A stretch of 63,634 nt of DNA, counting the filler, from Welwitschia mirabilis (Eukaryota), in assembly GCA_051453625.1 (NCBI GenBank). It is 5 parts of one record of this genome, joined end to end, with 100 filler letters (N's around TTAATTAATTAA, not from the genome) between each part and the next. Parts side by side here need not be neighbours in the genome. Positions count along the whole stretch, not along the records: positions 22,029 to 29,013 come from JBOZIK010000001.1; positions 29,114 to 42,477 come from JBOZIK010000001.1; 3 more parts are not named here. One strand, 5' to 3'. The translations under genes and the position numbers were made by a program. Shown one piece after another: positions 24,087 to 37,700 of the stretch (position 1 is the first letter of the stretch; every line of letters begins with the position of its first letter). The notes beneath the pieces were generated by a model. It was given only the letters and a program-made list of their open reading frames with translations, was not told the origin of the DNA and ran no database searches.

Positions 24087-27000
24087 TTTTTGATAAACAA
24101 AATGAAAAGAAAAATAGATTACCAAAGCTAGAAAGGCCTAAATCATAGCCATCAAATTTCTTTCAAAAACAAACAAAGATATTAACCATTCCTACCCATG
24201 AAAAAGGGAGATATACCCATTGATTAACACCATGCTCTATTTTTTAGAAAATCTTTCATTCTTTTAATTGACAATAGTCTAGAAAGAAGCTGTACATTAA
24301 TTTCTTTGATGATTAGAGTAGTCTAGAGATGCTTTTGCTTAAAAATATTTTCATTTCTAGATTTCCAAATATGATAGATACAAGCTATTATAAGAAATTT
24401 AAAAATACTATGCTGAGTGTTCCTTGATCTAAATTTTATCTTTGACCATATTAGAATCTCCTTCTAAGAAAAATCTAGAGGAGTAAAACCAATCTAGCTA
24501 AGCATTGATTTAAGGAGGTGGGCATAAGGATGGCATTCAAATAGGATGTAATCTTTTGTTTCATCTTTTGATCAATAAAAAATACAAAGTAAATCTGTTT
24601 GGATCCCGAATTTTAGAAGTCTATCTTTAGTAGCCAATTCATTATTACAAGCCAGTCAAGAAATGAAGGAATACTTTGGTATTATAAATCTATTCTAGAC
24701 TAAGTTCCATCAATTTCATTTCAGATGATGTCCACTTAAATGAATATAGACTGATGTTGTGGAGACAGGGGTGCCTGAATCCTTTTAGATTGATGNNNNN
24801 NNNNNNNNNNNNNNNNNNNNNNNNNNNNNNNNNNNNNNNNNNNNNNNNNNNNNNNNNNNNNNNNNNNNNNNNNNNNNNNNNNNNNNNNNNNNNNNNNNNN
24901 NNNNNNNNNNNNNNNNNNNNNNNNNNNNNNNNNNNNNNNNNNNNNNNNNNNNNNNNNNNNNNNNNNNNNNNNNNNNNNNNNNNNNNNNNNNNNNNNNNNN
25001 NNNNNNNNNNNNNNNNNNNNNNNNNNNNNNNNNNNNNNNNNNNNNNNNNNNNNNNNNNNNNNNNNNNNNNNNNNNNNNNNNNNNNNNNNNNNNNNNNNNN
25101 NNNNNNNNNNNNNNNNNNNNNNNNNNNNNNNNNNNNNNNNNNNNNNNNNNNNNNNNNNNNNNNNNNNNNNNNNNNNNNNNNNNNNNNNNNNNNNNNNNNN
25201 NNNNNNNNNNNNNNNNNNNNNNNNNNNNNNNNNNNNNNNNNNNNNNNNNNNNNNNNNNNNNNNNNNNNNNNNNNNNNNNNNNNNNNNNNNNNNNNNNNNN
25301 NNNNNNNNNNNNNNNNNNNNNNNNNNNNNNNNNNNNNNNNNNNNNNNNNNNNNNNNNNNNNNNNNNNNNNNNNNNNNNNNNNNNNNNNNNNNNNNNNNNN
25401 NNNNNNNNNNNNNNNNNNNNNNNNNNNNNNNNNNNNNNNNNNNNNNNNNNNNNNNNNNNNNNNNNNNNNNNNNNNNNNNNNNNCTAATGGATTTAAAATT
25501 GGCCTTACAAAATACAAAGAGATCTTTTGCATAGCATAAATGGGTAATTTGTAACTTGTTACATTTGGGGTGGAAGCAAAATCTAGATTATGGGATAGCT
25601 TCCCTAGAGATCTAGAAAGATATTACATAATAATACAAAAGAGGTAAGGGGATAGTGGATCTCCTTGCATCTAGCCTCTTTTTCCTTGGAAGTATCCTAC
25701 CAATCCTCCATTAANNNNNNNNNNNNNNNNNNNNNNNNNNNNNNNNNNNNNNNNNNNNNNNNNAATTTTGAAAGTAAATACTAATTTATCCATCAAATTT
25801 AGCATAAACTTCCAAGATACTGAATCATAATCCTTTTTAAGATCTATCTTTATAGCACACCTTGGGCTGATTCTTCTTCTAGCATAGTGCTAGACAAGTT
25901 CTTGGATGAGTAAAATATTGTGGATAATGGATCTATGTGGGATGAATACCCTTTCATTATTAGCTATAATATCTTCTAGCACGTCCTTCAGTTTGCGAGC
26001 AATAATCATTAAANNNNNNNNNNNNNNNNNNNNNNNNNNNNNNNNNNNNNNNNNNNNNNNNNNNNNNNNNNNNNNNNNNNNNNNNNNNNNNNNNNNNNNN
26101 NNNNNNNNNNNNNNNNNNNNNNNNNNNNNNNNNNNNNNNNNNNNNNNNNNNNNNNNNNNNNNNNNNNNNNNNNNNNNNNNNNNNNNNNNNNNNNNNNNNN
26201 NNNNNNNNNNNNNNNNNNNNNNNNNNNNNNNNNNNNNNNNNNNNNNNNNNNNNNNNNNNNNNNNNNNNNNNNNNNNNNNNNNNNNNNNNNNNNNNNNNNN
26301 NNNNNNNNNNNNNNNNNNNNNNNNNNNNNNNNNNNNNNNNNNNNNNNNNNNNNNNNNNNNNNNNNNNNNNNNNNNNNNNNNNNNNNNNNNNNNNNNNNNN
26401 NNNNNNNNNNNNNNNNNNNNNNNNNNNNNNNNNNNNNNNNNNNNNNNNNNNNNNNNNNNNNNNNNNNNNNNNNNNNNNNNNNNNNNNNNNNNNNNNNNNN
26501 NNNNNNNNNNNNNNNNNNNNNNNNNNNNNNNNNNNNNNNNNNNNNNNNNNNNNNNNNNNNNNNNNNNNNNNNNNNNNNNNNNNNNNNNNNNNNNNNNNNN
26601 NNNNNNNNNNNNNNNNNNNNNNNNNNNNNNNNNNNNNNNNNNNNNNNNNNNNNNNNNNNNNNNNNNNNNNNNNNNNNNNNNNNNNNNNNNNNNNNNAATT
26701 TGTAGAGAAACCATCAGGCCCTAGAGCTTTATCATTACCTATTGAAAAGAAATATTTTTTAATTTCATCATTTAGAACTGGCTCACATAACCGTAGGCAT
26801 TGCTGTTCCAACACTGAAGGACCAATAAATAAAAAATTTATTTTTAGATCTGAAACATTTACCTCCTTACCTAAAAGACTCTTAAAGAAAGAGATGAAAT
26901 TGTCCTTGATATCATCTTGTTTGATCAAAATATTGCCATTTACATCATAAATCATATTAATTGTAGATAAGTTACTCCTTTTATTAATACAAGCATGAAA

Positions 27001-28895
27001 ATATGAAGAGTTTACATCCCCTTCAGAGGCCCATCTTATTTTAACTCGTTGCTTGATGAACTAATATTTCTGATGAAGAAGAGATTTGTATTTTTGAATG
27101 GCTTTCCTTTCCAAATGGGAAAAACTATCGATATGAGGAAACTCTTCCAACTTCTTTTGTATGATCTAAAGGTCTATAAAAGCTTCTTATGTATGCTATC
27201 TAAGAAGACTTGATTTAATAGAATATTTCCTTTTAAGAACTACCTTAAGAAGATAAAGTTTCCTATGAAGAGATGTCAACATATTACAAGTGGGAGTGGC
27301 ATTCCACGAAGAGAAGATAAGGTTGAGGAACTCTTCATTCTCACATAAAAAATTATAGAATCTGAATAGAGGATTTACTTTAGGACCTATATGAAAATTA
27401 AGGACACTTGAAGAGTGGTGTGAGAGGCCTGGTGAAGGAAATTCAGCATATGATTGAGGGAAACAGTCTATCCAATTTGAGTTAATTAACACTCGATCTA
27501 GCTTATAATGGATCCTTTTATTCAAACTTTGTTTATCTGACTAGGTAAAAGAATAATTATAGTGCCTTAAATCAGATAGGTGGAACTTCAAGAACATATT
27601 TTGAAGTTCCTCTATATCTTTTGGTAAAACTAGGAAGCCATTTTTCTTTTCCTCAGGGTGAGCTATGCAGTTAAAGTCCCCTAACACTACCCAAGGTTTA
27701 CCCATTCTTTGATTGAGATTTAAAATATCATTTTAGAGCATGTGTCTCTTAGTTTTTATATTAAATGCATAGATAAAGGATCAGTAAATTCTATTATTGT
27801 TAAAAAATAGATTGCAGTGGATAGCTTGGAGTGACACAGTATTCATAACTACCTAAACATCTTTCCTGTTCCACAGAAATAAACTCCTCCCATTGGAGGT
27901 ATTTAAGAAATTATGCGCATATGATCAAAAATTATTTACAATATAGTTTTTTGCTATGAGATCTGCTTTACTGACTTGAACTTTAGTTTCTAATATAGCT
28001 AATACACTAATATTCTAAAGATAAATGAAATGATAGATGTGTTGTTGTTTTTCTGGGCTTATTTAAGACTTTGATATTCTAAGATGCTATTTCATCAACT
28101 AGGTTTTGAATTATCAAATTCCTCTTTATGCTTACTTCTTTTAGATTTATGATTGATAGACTAAGTTCTACTGTGGAAAATCAATTGGTTTAATGTCTAT
28201 ACTTATATTATTAATATTATTGATTAATAGAGAAGGGTCCATGATCAAATAACCTTCCAAACTGAGCTGGGCATGGAAATCATCACCTTGAAAATCCTTG
28301 GTGGCATAACTATGAAAAACCAAGAACATCTACACCTCCTACATGACACTCTGAGTATGAGTAATACTAGCAGTTGAGGTTGGAGAATGAAAATCAGTGA
28401 CTAATGGAGAATCTGGGAGAGCTCCATCCTGTGACAGTGAAGGATTAACTATGGCAAGCAGAATCTATGGTTTGGGAGGATTCTTGCAAGGGCCTTCACA
28501 ATCTCTACTAGAATCTACTACTCTATTTTCTCCCTCTAACAGTTCTGTCTTCATGTCATTAGGTGAAGCTAGGAAGAAAATATTCATTACAGCAATCACT
28601 TGAGAAGATGAAGTAGCTCTCGAGGACAAGGAGGCCAATCTATGTTGAGGCAGTGAGGGCCAAAATCCACCCCTAATCTTACTCATGGTGACATGGAGGG
28701 CCTTCAAGGAGGAAGGGTTTGGCTTCTTTTGCCCATCTGTGATCCTATTTGAGGAAACCCTAGCTGACAAAGAGCTAGGGTCTATAATAACTAGCTTCCA
28801 AATCTGTTTGGATTTTTTCTTGTTTGGGCATAAATCTGTTAAGTGCCTAAAGCAGAAGCATATCGAGCATTTTGAGGGTATCCACTCTATTGCAG
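24087..28895 (-). mobile_element. L1 LINE, 5'-truncated within ORF1, degenerate
   Basis: ORF1 knuckle EWIPSKCSICFCFRHLTDLCP (~28888-28826). ORF2 starts ~28095 with WVVLGDFNCI, KLDRVLIN, KALGPDGF, IKIDLKKDYDSVSW, QGDPLSPYLF, zf-RVT IPKYSFIS*LA..LATKDRL, and IYHIWKSRNENIF. Short A-tail (ttatcaaaaa) at ~24096-24087. Confidence 0.93.
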
Positions 28896-29013
28896 TATGT
28901 ATTTATGCAACATTTTATGCCTTGATTAGAATCTTATTGTTGCGGTGTGTATTTGTGCAATAGTTCACGTTCAAATTTAATCCTGTTAATTATAATTAAG
29001 ATGCAAAATACAA

Positions 29014-29113
29014 NNNNNNNNNNNNNNNNNNNNNNNNNNNNNNNNNNNNNNNNNNNNTTAATTAATTAANNNNNNNNNNNNNNNNNNNNNNNNNNNNNNN
29101 NNNNNNNNNNNNN
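29014..29113. other. artificial scaffold spacer
   Basis: 44 N + TTAATTAATTAA + 44 N. Confidence 0.97.
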
Positions 29114-30830
29114 ATGAAATGATCAAGTGGGAATACTAAAAGTTTTATTTCTTTTTCCATGATGAGGGGAGTGCAAACACTGTCAAAAGAGTAAGGACCC
29201 ATAAAGCATGGCTAATTGACCCCCTAGTGGAGTTCCCATAGTTACTATATCACACTACCAAAGGCTTCTCTTAGAAATATTTGCCCTGTTGTACTTGTAG
29301 TATGACATCATGGTGACCATTTTTGTAAGATACAAAATAGACATATCATGGCCATTATTTCACTTTTTATTTTTCTCTTTTTTTNNNNNNNNNNNNNNNN
29401 NNNNNNNNNNNNNNNNNNNNNNNNNNNNNNNNNNNNNNNNNNNNNNNNNNNNNNNNNNNNNNNNNNNNNNNNNNNNNNNNNNNNNNNNNNNNTTTAAACA
29501 TCATTGAAAAAAACATAAGAAACTAAGACGTCTTCCTTTGAGTAAAGTTCATAGACATGGAAATGTTTCAAGATTAGATGAATCCAATATTACCACTTGT
29601 AAATGCTCAAGTATAAAACTAATCATGATACTTCATAAAATAATACATAAGTTAAGTTTAAAAGATGATCAAGTAAAGTCATAATATTTAACTAAAGAAG
29701 TAGGCTAAGAAAGAACTTAGAAAATGATAGGGAGGAAGTCCTCCTCACTGAGGGGAACCTCCGAAACAAGTGCTTCTATTATGTTCATGGTTGTATCTAA
29801 AGATCCCTTAGATAATTTCAACCATTATCTATTAACTTTCTGAATCTCTTTAGTTTCCAAATCTAAAATTTTAACTGAGCCATTAAAATGCACTTTCTGC
29901 AAAAGATAAGAACCTAACCATTTAGAGGTCAACTTTTTATCAAAAAGATAAACTCAAGTGTTATACAATAAAACAAGTTGACCAGGTTTAAAATTTTTAT
30001 AAAAAAATCCTTTTATCATGTTTGAACTTTGCTTGGGCTTTACGAATTAATTAATGATGTATGGCACTAGTTTTTTTCATTAAAATGATTTAATTATGCT
30101 AACCTATACTTAAGATTTTTAGTAAAATCCACAAGATTGAGTTGATGAGATGTGCGATAAGAATTGTAATACACATGAACTAATAAGACATAAAATTTAC
30201 CATAAATAAGTTCGTAAANNNNNNNNNNNNNNNNNNNNNNNNNNNNNNNNNNNNNNNNNNNNNNNNNNNNNNNNNNNNNNNNNNNNNNNNNNNNNNNNNN
30301 NNNNNNNNNNNNNNNNNNNNNNNNNNNNNNNNNNNNNNNNNNNNNNNNNNNNNNNNNNNNNNNNNNNNNNNNNNNNNNNNNNNNNNNNNNNNNNNNNNNN
30401 NNNNNNNNNNNNNNNNNNNNNNNNNNNNNNNNNNTAAGAAGGTGGGTGAATATGGCCCATAAAATTAATACCCTAACAATCAAAAGGCTCACACTCAAGA
30501 ATAGATCTAAAAGGCATTTTCTGTGAATGAACAAGACTATCAAAATGCTGACAAGGATCACATCTTCTAACAAAATCATATGAATCTCAAAAAAGAGAAG
30601 GCCAGTAAAAACTAGAATAAAGGATTTTCATGAAAGTTTTATGTCCACTAAAAGATCCTCCACAAACACCAATGTAACAAAGATGAAGAATCTCAAGTAT
30701 TTCCCAATTAGGCATACATTTTCTCATAATCTAGTCTTTACACCTATGGTAGAAATGTGGCTTGATCCACTCATAGTCACCTATAGAAAAATATTTTAGT
30801 CTATGATGGAATGTCTATCTAAGTATTTTT
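29114..30830 (-). mobile_element. Athila-like Ty3/gypsy integrase and 3' non-coding region
   Basis: EILHLCYIGVCGGSF and FYWPSLF*DSYDFVRRCDPCQ (integrase Zn finger), KKLTSKWLGSY (GKLKSRWSGPF) and KVN motif, then non-coding 3' region. Confidence 0.85.
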
Positions 30831-31099
30831 TAATTAAATAGCACACAAGTATCATTAAATTCTATTTTAACAAAAGGAAATGCTTGAAAGTTTTAAAATC
30901 ATTTTACATTATCTTAATAATTTAATAAGTTGCTTAGTTTGAATTTTCTTTAATGGGATTGATATGCTTATAATAAAATAAGAATAGTTATTAAATGATT
31001 TTATTTAAAATAAAAATTAAAAAATTTATTAACCTAAACTATTTATTACATCTAGTTACAAAAATAACAACAAAAACATTTCTTATGTTACTAAACAAA

Positions 31100-34000
31100 T
31101 AAATCAGCCAACTAAAGCAACTCAATTTTTAAAGTAGTGATAAAACTTGTTCTTCTTGTAAGAATACCTATTCTTAGAATACCATTCTATAACATTCTTA
31201 CTTGGGAGTAGTAGATGCATCTTACCTAGAGATTCAAATAGTATCTTAATCTATTTTGGTTGGGCTTACTAAAAGCTTTGATAAGGCTTAGCATTTTATA
31301 TTGTATTCTCTCTATTTTTCTTATCAAAACTTAATGCAATAAGACTATGGATATGGCTTACACCTTTAATTTAATTAACCCTTTTATCTAGTACTTGCAT
31401 CTATCTTGCTAGCTAACTAAAAGAAATGTTATTAAGTCCCTCTGATTAAGTTTCTCATCCTTAGATACCTATCTGCTAAGTGATAGATCATAAGACCAAA
31501 ACTTAAGGAAACGACACCATTTACAAAACAATATTTTTCAACCTTAATGATGAAGAAATCTAAGGTATCTAAGACCCCAATAGTAGACTTGTAATCATAG
31601 TATTATAGTCATAGTATAATAATTGTTGTATCTCATTTTTTAATCTTACAGAGATTTAAGGTGATTAAGGTCTACACTACAAATGCACATGTCTATCTAT
31701 GTGGAACTCAAATTGAATAGGCAACCTTTCATCTTATTAACACCCAAGGCAGTAATGGTAGAAGAAGGGGAAGTCCAAGCCATAAGAATTAACTAAGAAA
31801 AGATGAGAAGGATTGAAAGATGATTAAGTAAAGAAATTTTAAAGCTAAGATGGAGAGAGTTGGATGATTAGCATGAAAATAATGAGATTTAAGAATAAAT
31901 CTTACTATTATGCTTGATAAGTATAATTCATATTAAGTTATCTAGTACATATGTATTTAACATTAAAAGACAAGATTACGTAAAAGTTTCACATCTATTT
32001 TGCCAATAGCTGAATTATGCCAAGTATCAGTATAAATTTTAGAATAAGATAAGAATAGAGGAATTGAAAACTGACTAAGGTTCAATCTAAAGTTAGAACT
32101 TCAGATTGATTTATAATCAGTTTAGTTTTCCTCAAGCTAAATGTCATTGTAAGGATTTACCAAAAATTATCATCATAAATTGCATTTATCAAAAATTCTA
32201 CAAACACTTTTGATCAAAAGAATACTTTTTAGACTATATCTAATAACACAGAAAATAATTTTATTTTTATTTATTTTAGTTTAAGGTTGAATAAAAAATA
32301 AATTTACTAATGTTTTTCCTTCAATAAAATATCATCATAAAATAATCCTTGAAATCAATTTCATCTAGTTAATTGACACCAATCTTAAGACAAAACTTTA
32401 GATCAAATTTAATATTCATATCTCATACCAACTTGTTTTCTTTTTTCTCTCTGAAAACTTGCAATAAAATAAGATCACATAATTAACTCATACCAACTTA
32501 AATTCAGAATTTCAAGTTGGATTTCAGCTAACCTAATTACTTTTTTTACCCTATAAGCAAAATGGAAGATTACTTAGTTTAATGATACTAACCTGAAGTC
32601 ATAACTTTGAGTTAAATTTTAAGCCAAACCATTAGCATGCAGGTTTAAAAAGTTGAGTGACACTAGTCTATAGCTCAAGCTTTGGACTAGATTTCAAATC
32701 AACTTTTCCTTTTTAAAATTACTTCTGAAAGGAAGGATCTTATTCTTGATGAACCCCCTCCCCCTCCCCCCTCACCCTTAAGTTTTGGTCTTATGATCTA
32801 TCACTTAGCGAATAGGTATTTAAGACCCTAATATTAGACTTATAATCATAGTATTATAATCATAGTATAAGAACTCAAGAGTTCTCAATTAACACCTTCA
32901 AACTCTTTTTGATCAATTTCATAATGGATTTGATAACCCTCATTGAGAATGCAAGAATTATTAATAACCTTGTCAAATCCATTATTGTGGAGAGTGGTCA
33001 CTAGTTAAATTTGAATTTGTATTCCTCTAGCATTTCATCTAGACTAATTTTTAATGATTCCTCCTCACTCTCAATGACTTCATCATAATGTCAGTTCCAT
33101 GTTGTCTCAACCACATCAATATCCATAACATTAGTTTAGACTTAGAAGATTCTATTGCTTTTTACCTTACCAGCATGTAATTTCAATTTTTTCCACATTA
33201 GTAATGTATTGAACAACTCCAATTCATCTATTTCAGTTTTAGATTAACATCATATTTACTCCTCAATCATGTAAAATTAATATAATTATAACTATAATTT
33301 TTTACCTATATTAAGTAGAAGTTAGGCCTATAAGTTTTACATTTTCATTTTCATGTATTTTCATGCTCTATCATGTTTTCTCATGCTCTTAGAATTATGA
33401 TAAGATGACTTTACATAAAAGTTTTAAGAAAAGCTCTAGCACTGATGGAATATTTCACACCTCATTCTAAGAAGAGAACCAGGATATTAAGAAGAAGGAA
33501 ACTAAATAAAGGTTCCAATAAGAAGATCATTCTTACTAGAATGGATTTGATAAACCTTGTTAAGAGCTCAAGAGTTCTAGATATCCCTCATTGAGCCCTC
33601 TTCATAAGAAAAGTAACCAATCTTATTATGGAACTTCTAGAAGTTTATAAAATAAATGTCCTTAGTTGACTATTAAATAAAAATCTTATCTTAAAAAATG
33701 AATAGAATATCTAGGTAAGTGGATCTTACTCCATTCAAACATAAATGATACATTTNNNNNNNNNNNNNNNNNNNNNNNNNNNNNNNNNNNNNNNNNNNNN
33801 NNNNNNNNNNNNNNNNNNNNNNNNNNNNNNNNNNNNNNNNNNNNNNNNNNNNNNNAGTTGACTATTAAATAAAAATCTTATCTTAAAAAATGAATAGAAT
33901 ATCCAGGTAAGTGGATCTTACTCCATTCAAATACAAATGATACATTTTGGAAAGTAGATCAATAAAGAGTTCAATGGAGTACATATAAGGAAAATAGGTT

Positions 34001-34480
34001 TTTCTAGTAGTAGGAAAGCACCTTAAAAAAAAGGAGATAAAAACATTTAAAGTAAATAGATTAGACTTTTAGAAGGAATCTACTCAATAAGGAGTTCTTT
34101 CATAGAACTTCATGAATTTTGCATAAGAAATGCATGGTCTATAGAATATAAAGTAATTAATATAAGCCAATAGAATCATAATACATTTATGCAATTATTA
34201 AAATTAAAAGTGCTGATTTTGAGTTTAAAATGTAAGGATAGATTCAAAGCACTAAAGCAACTTCTACTTTACTACATTTCTTACATTATGAATGTGCTAA
34301 GGAAATACATCCTTTAAAAATTTATTTTTTTTAAGAATCCTTAACCTAAACCTTTCTCTCTTTTATATAATTATTTGTTAAAAGACTAACAAGACCTTGA
34401 GCTTAGTAGAATTGATGATGATACATTTTGATGTAAATCTTGTTTATTAATGAAGTGTTTCCATTATTTCAATTATGCAT
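31100..34480. repeat. jumbled LTR-like remnants with internal direct and inverted repeats
   Basis: Non-coding. 31464-31620 is related to 32776-32870, and 32870-32960 to 33540-33600. No resolvable termini. Confidence 0.35.
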
Positions 34481-34758
34481 TTTAAATAATAATAAGTATT
34501 TTTAAATTAGTATACCTATTAATTAATAGGTTAGTTAGCTAGTATGTTAGTGGATTGCTATGTATATATTTTATTATTGCATTTTAGATATAGAATGTCA
34601 TTTTTCATGAAGATAAGAGCAAAGGCTAAGGTGATGGAAAAGTAGTAATAACCTTAACTATATAGTATTCCTAAGAAGCAGAGAATGAAAACAGAAAATA
34701 AATAAGGATATAAGAAAGGGATTACCTACAAAGCTGAGGATCTTTTTGGCAAAACATT

Positions 34759-37700
34759 TGTTGAAATACCAATTTGTAGGAATTTGATGGGATATTTGAA
34801 GTACTTTTGCAAGACATTTATACAAGTTTAGATGTAATTCTACTGATTATGGAGAGACAATAAGATGATCATGGAAACATATAATTCTTAGCATAATTTA
34901 AGGCATTTCAGGCATGTTCTAATACTTATCATATTAAAGGAGGACTAAGGATGAAAAAGGTCAATTTACTCCAGTTGAGAAGCTTAGGAGAGGTNNNNNN
35001 NNNNGGTGTCATCCCCGCTGTTGTCCCCACAACATAGGGGATGACATAATCACTATTCAATATAGGCAACACATGAGTAGCACGTGGATAGTACACACAC
35101 ATGGAGTTTCAGTGGTGTTATCCCCTTTATTGTCCCCATGAAAAATATAGGATGATAACCTTAATTACATGGACAAAGGATGAAGAACCAATAGTAGCAC
35201 ACAGAGGATATGCTAATAGGTGACATCCCCTTTGTCATCCCCATGACAGTTAGGACGATGACATCAGTCACATGCGTGCACAACCAACAGGGCTAATAGT
35301 ATAACATGGGCACATAACCCAANNNNNNNNNNNNNNNNNNNNNNNNNNNNNNNNNNNNNNNNNNNNNNNNNNNNNNNNNNNNNNNNNNNNNNNNNNNNNN
35401 NNNNNNNNNNNNNNNNNNNNNNNNNNNNNNNNNNNNNNNNNNNNNNNNNNNNNNNNNNNNNNNNNNNNNNNNNNNNNNNNNNNNNNNNNNNNNNNNNNNN
35501 NNNNNNNNNNNNNNNNNNNNNNNNNNNNNNNNNNNNNNNNNNNNNNNNNNNNNNNNNNNNNNNNNNNNNNNNNNNNNNNNNNNNNNNNNNNNNNNNNNNN
35601 NNNNNNNNNNNNNNNNNNNNNNNNNNNNNNNNNNNNNNNNNNNNNNNNNNNNNNNNNNNNNNNNNNNNNNNNNNNNNNNNNNNNNNNNNNNNNNNNNNNN
35701 NNNNNNNNNNNNNNNNNNNNNNNNNNNNNNNNNNNNNNNNNNNNNNNNNNNNNNNNNNNNNNNNNNNNNNNNNNNNNNNNNNNNNNNNNNNNNNNNNNNN
35801 NNNNNNNNNNNNNNNNNNNNNNNNNNNNNNNNNNNNNNNNNNNNNNNNNNNNNNNNNNNNNNNNNNNNNNNNNNNNNNNNNNNNNNNNNNNNNNNNNNNN
35901 NNNNNNNNNNNNNNNNNNNNNNNNNNNNNNNNNNNNNNNNNNNNNNNNNNNNNNNNNNNNNNNNNNNNNNNNNNNNNNNNNNNNNNNNNNNNNNNNNNNN
36001 NNNNNNNNNNNNNNNNNNNNNNNNNNNNNNNNNNNNNNNNNNNNNNNNNNNNNNNNNNNNNNNNNNNNNNNNNNNNNNNNNNNNNNNNNNNNNNNNNNNN
36101 NNNNNNNNNNNNNNNNNNNNNNNNNNNNNNNNNNNNNNNNNNNNNNNNNNNNNNNNNNNNNNNNNNNNNNNNNNNNNNNNNNNNNNNNNNNNNNNNNNNN
36201 NNNNNNNNNNNNNNNNNNNNNNNNNNNNNNNNNNNNNNNNNNNNNNNNNTAAATCTTTTTTATTTAGGTTATTTATTTAAATTAATGCTATATTTCTAGC
36301 GTAATTTAAGGTAGATTTATTACTAAAAAATTTTATTTTTCATAATTTTTATGGACCTTATCATTCTCTCTATCGTCCAGATGATATAGGGCATGACAGT
36401 TTTGAAATTATGAATTTAATTTCAGTTTTTACAATTTTTCTTCTGTTTATAGTTTAGTAATAAAGTACTATTATCCTATCTATTATCTCCACAATAATAG
36501 GGATGACAGTCTTAGTTTTAGTAATTTTTCTTTCTATACTTTTTAGAGTTCTGAAGTTTTTAGAGTTTAGTTTTTTTGTGATTATCGTCCCACCTATTGT
36601 CCACATGACGAGGTGGATGACAATTCATTACATTTGATTTTAATTTTTGTTTACTATTTTTGCATGCAAGGATACAAAGAATTCTGGTAGAAAGATGAAA
36701 AATCAGCTAGTGGAAAACTTGATTAATAGAAATATCATTTGACTTCAAAACAAAAATCTAGGTACTCATAACATAGGTATGCAAATTCTAGTATTTCTTT
36801 TTTGTATTTTAGAATTAGGTTTTCTTTGTAGTCAATTGGCAATAATGATCTTGTATCTTTTGCTTATTAAGAAATACCATTTTTAAATGATAAATCATCT
36901 AAGAGAGGGAACATTGATATCCATTATGTACTTATCTTCCTTATTATCTTGATTTAAAAACTTTCCTATTCCATTCTTATCACTTTCTTTAATGAATAAT
37001 AATAGAAAAATCATTGTGTAACTCAATTCTAAAAGGAGAGGAAACTTGCAAAATGATGAAAACAATGGTAAGAAAACACTTCAAGAAATCTTTGTTGAAA
37101 GAGAAAGACCATCACAAAATCATGTTGAAAATAGGAATTGGGCCCCTTATTCTTTTCAACCTACTTATTCTTCTTCCTCTTCTTTTCAAAACTCATATAA
37201 CATGATGATGAATATTCTCCATATTTTAGAGTCTCCACCTTATTTAGACAAACTTCTTACAATCATCTTTTTCAATCCCAAACATCTTCCATGCATTACT
37301 ACTAAGAAGAACCATTTTCCATCAACTACTATGAGGAAGAAAAATATCCATTAAGAGAAATGATTGGTGAAATGATGAAGAACCAAAAAAACATGAATAA
37401 GAACTTGGAAAAACTATTTGAAAACTTACAATAAAACTTGTTACATATTTAAGGATCTTTTATAATACAACATCCTTAAAACTATTTTNNNNNNNNNNCT
37501 ACTCATTAGGAGATAAGAAAAAGGGAGACAATAGTAATATAACTCAATATTTCAACAATTGAAATGAAGATGACTATTCATTAGATGACGATATTGAGAT
37601 ATTAGATTATATCCCTTTCATTTATTTATTGTTAGTTAATTAAGATGAGAAATCCATTTATGAGAAAACTAAAAACCTTTCATTCAATAATTAAGACAAT

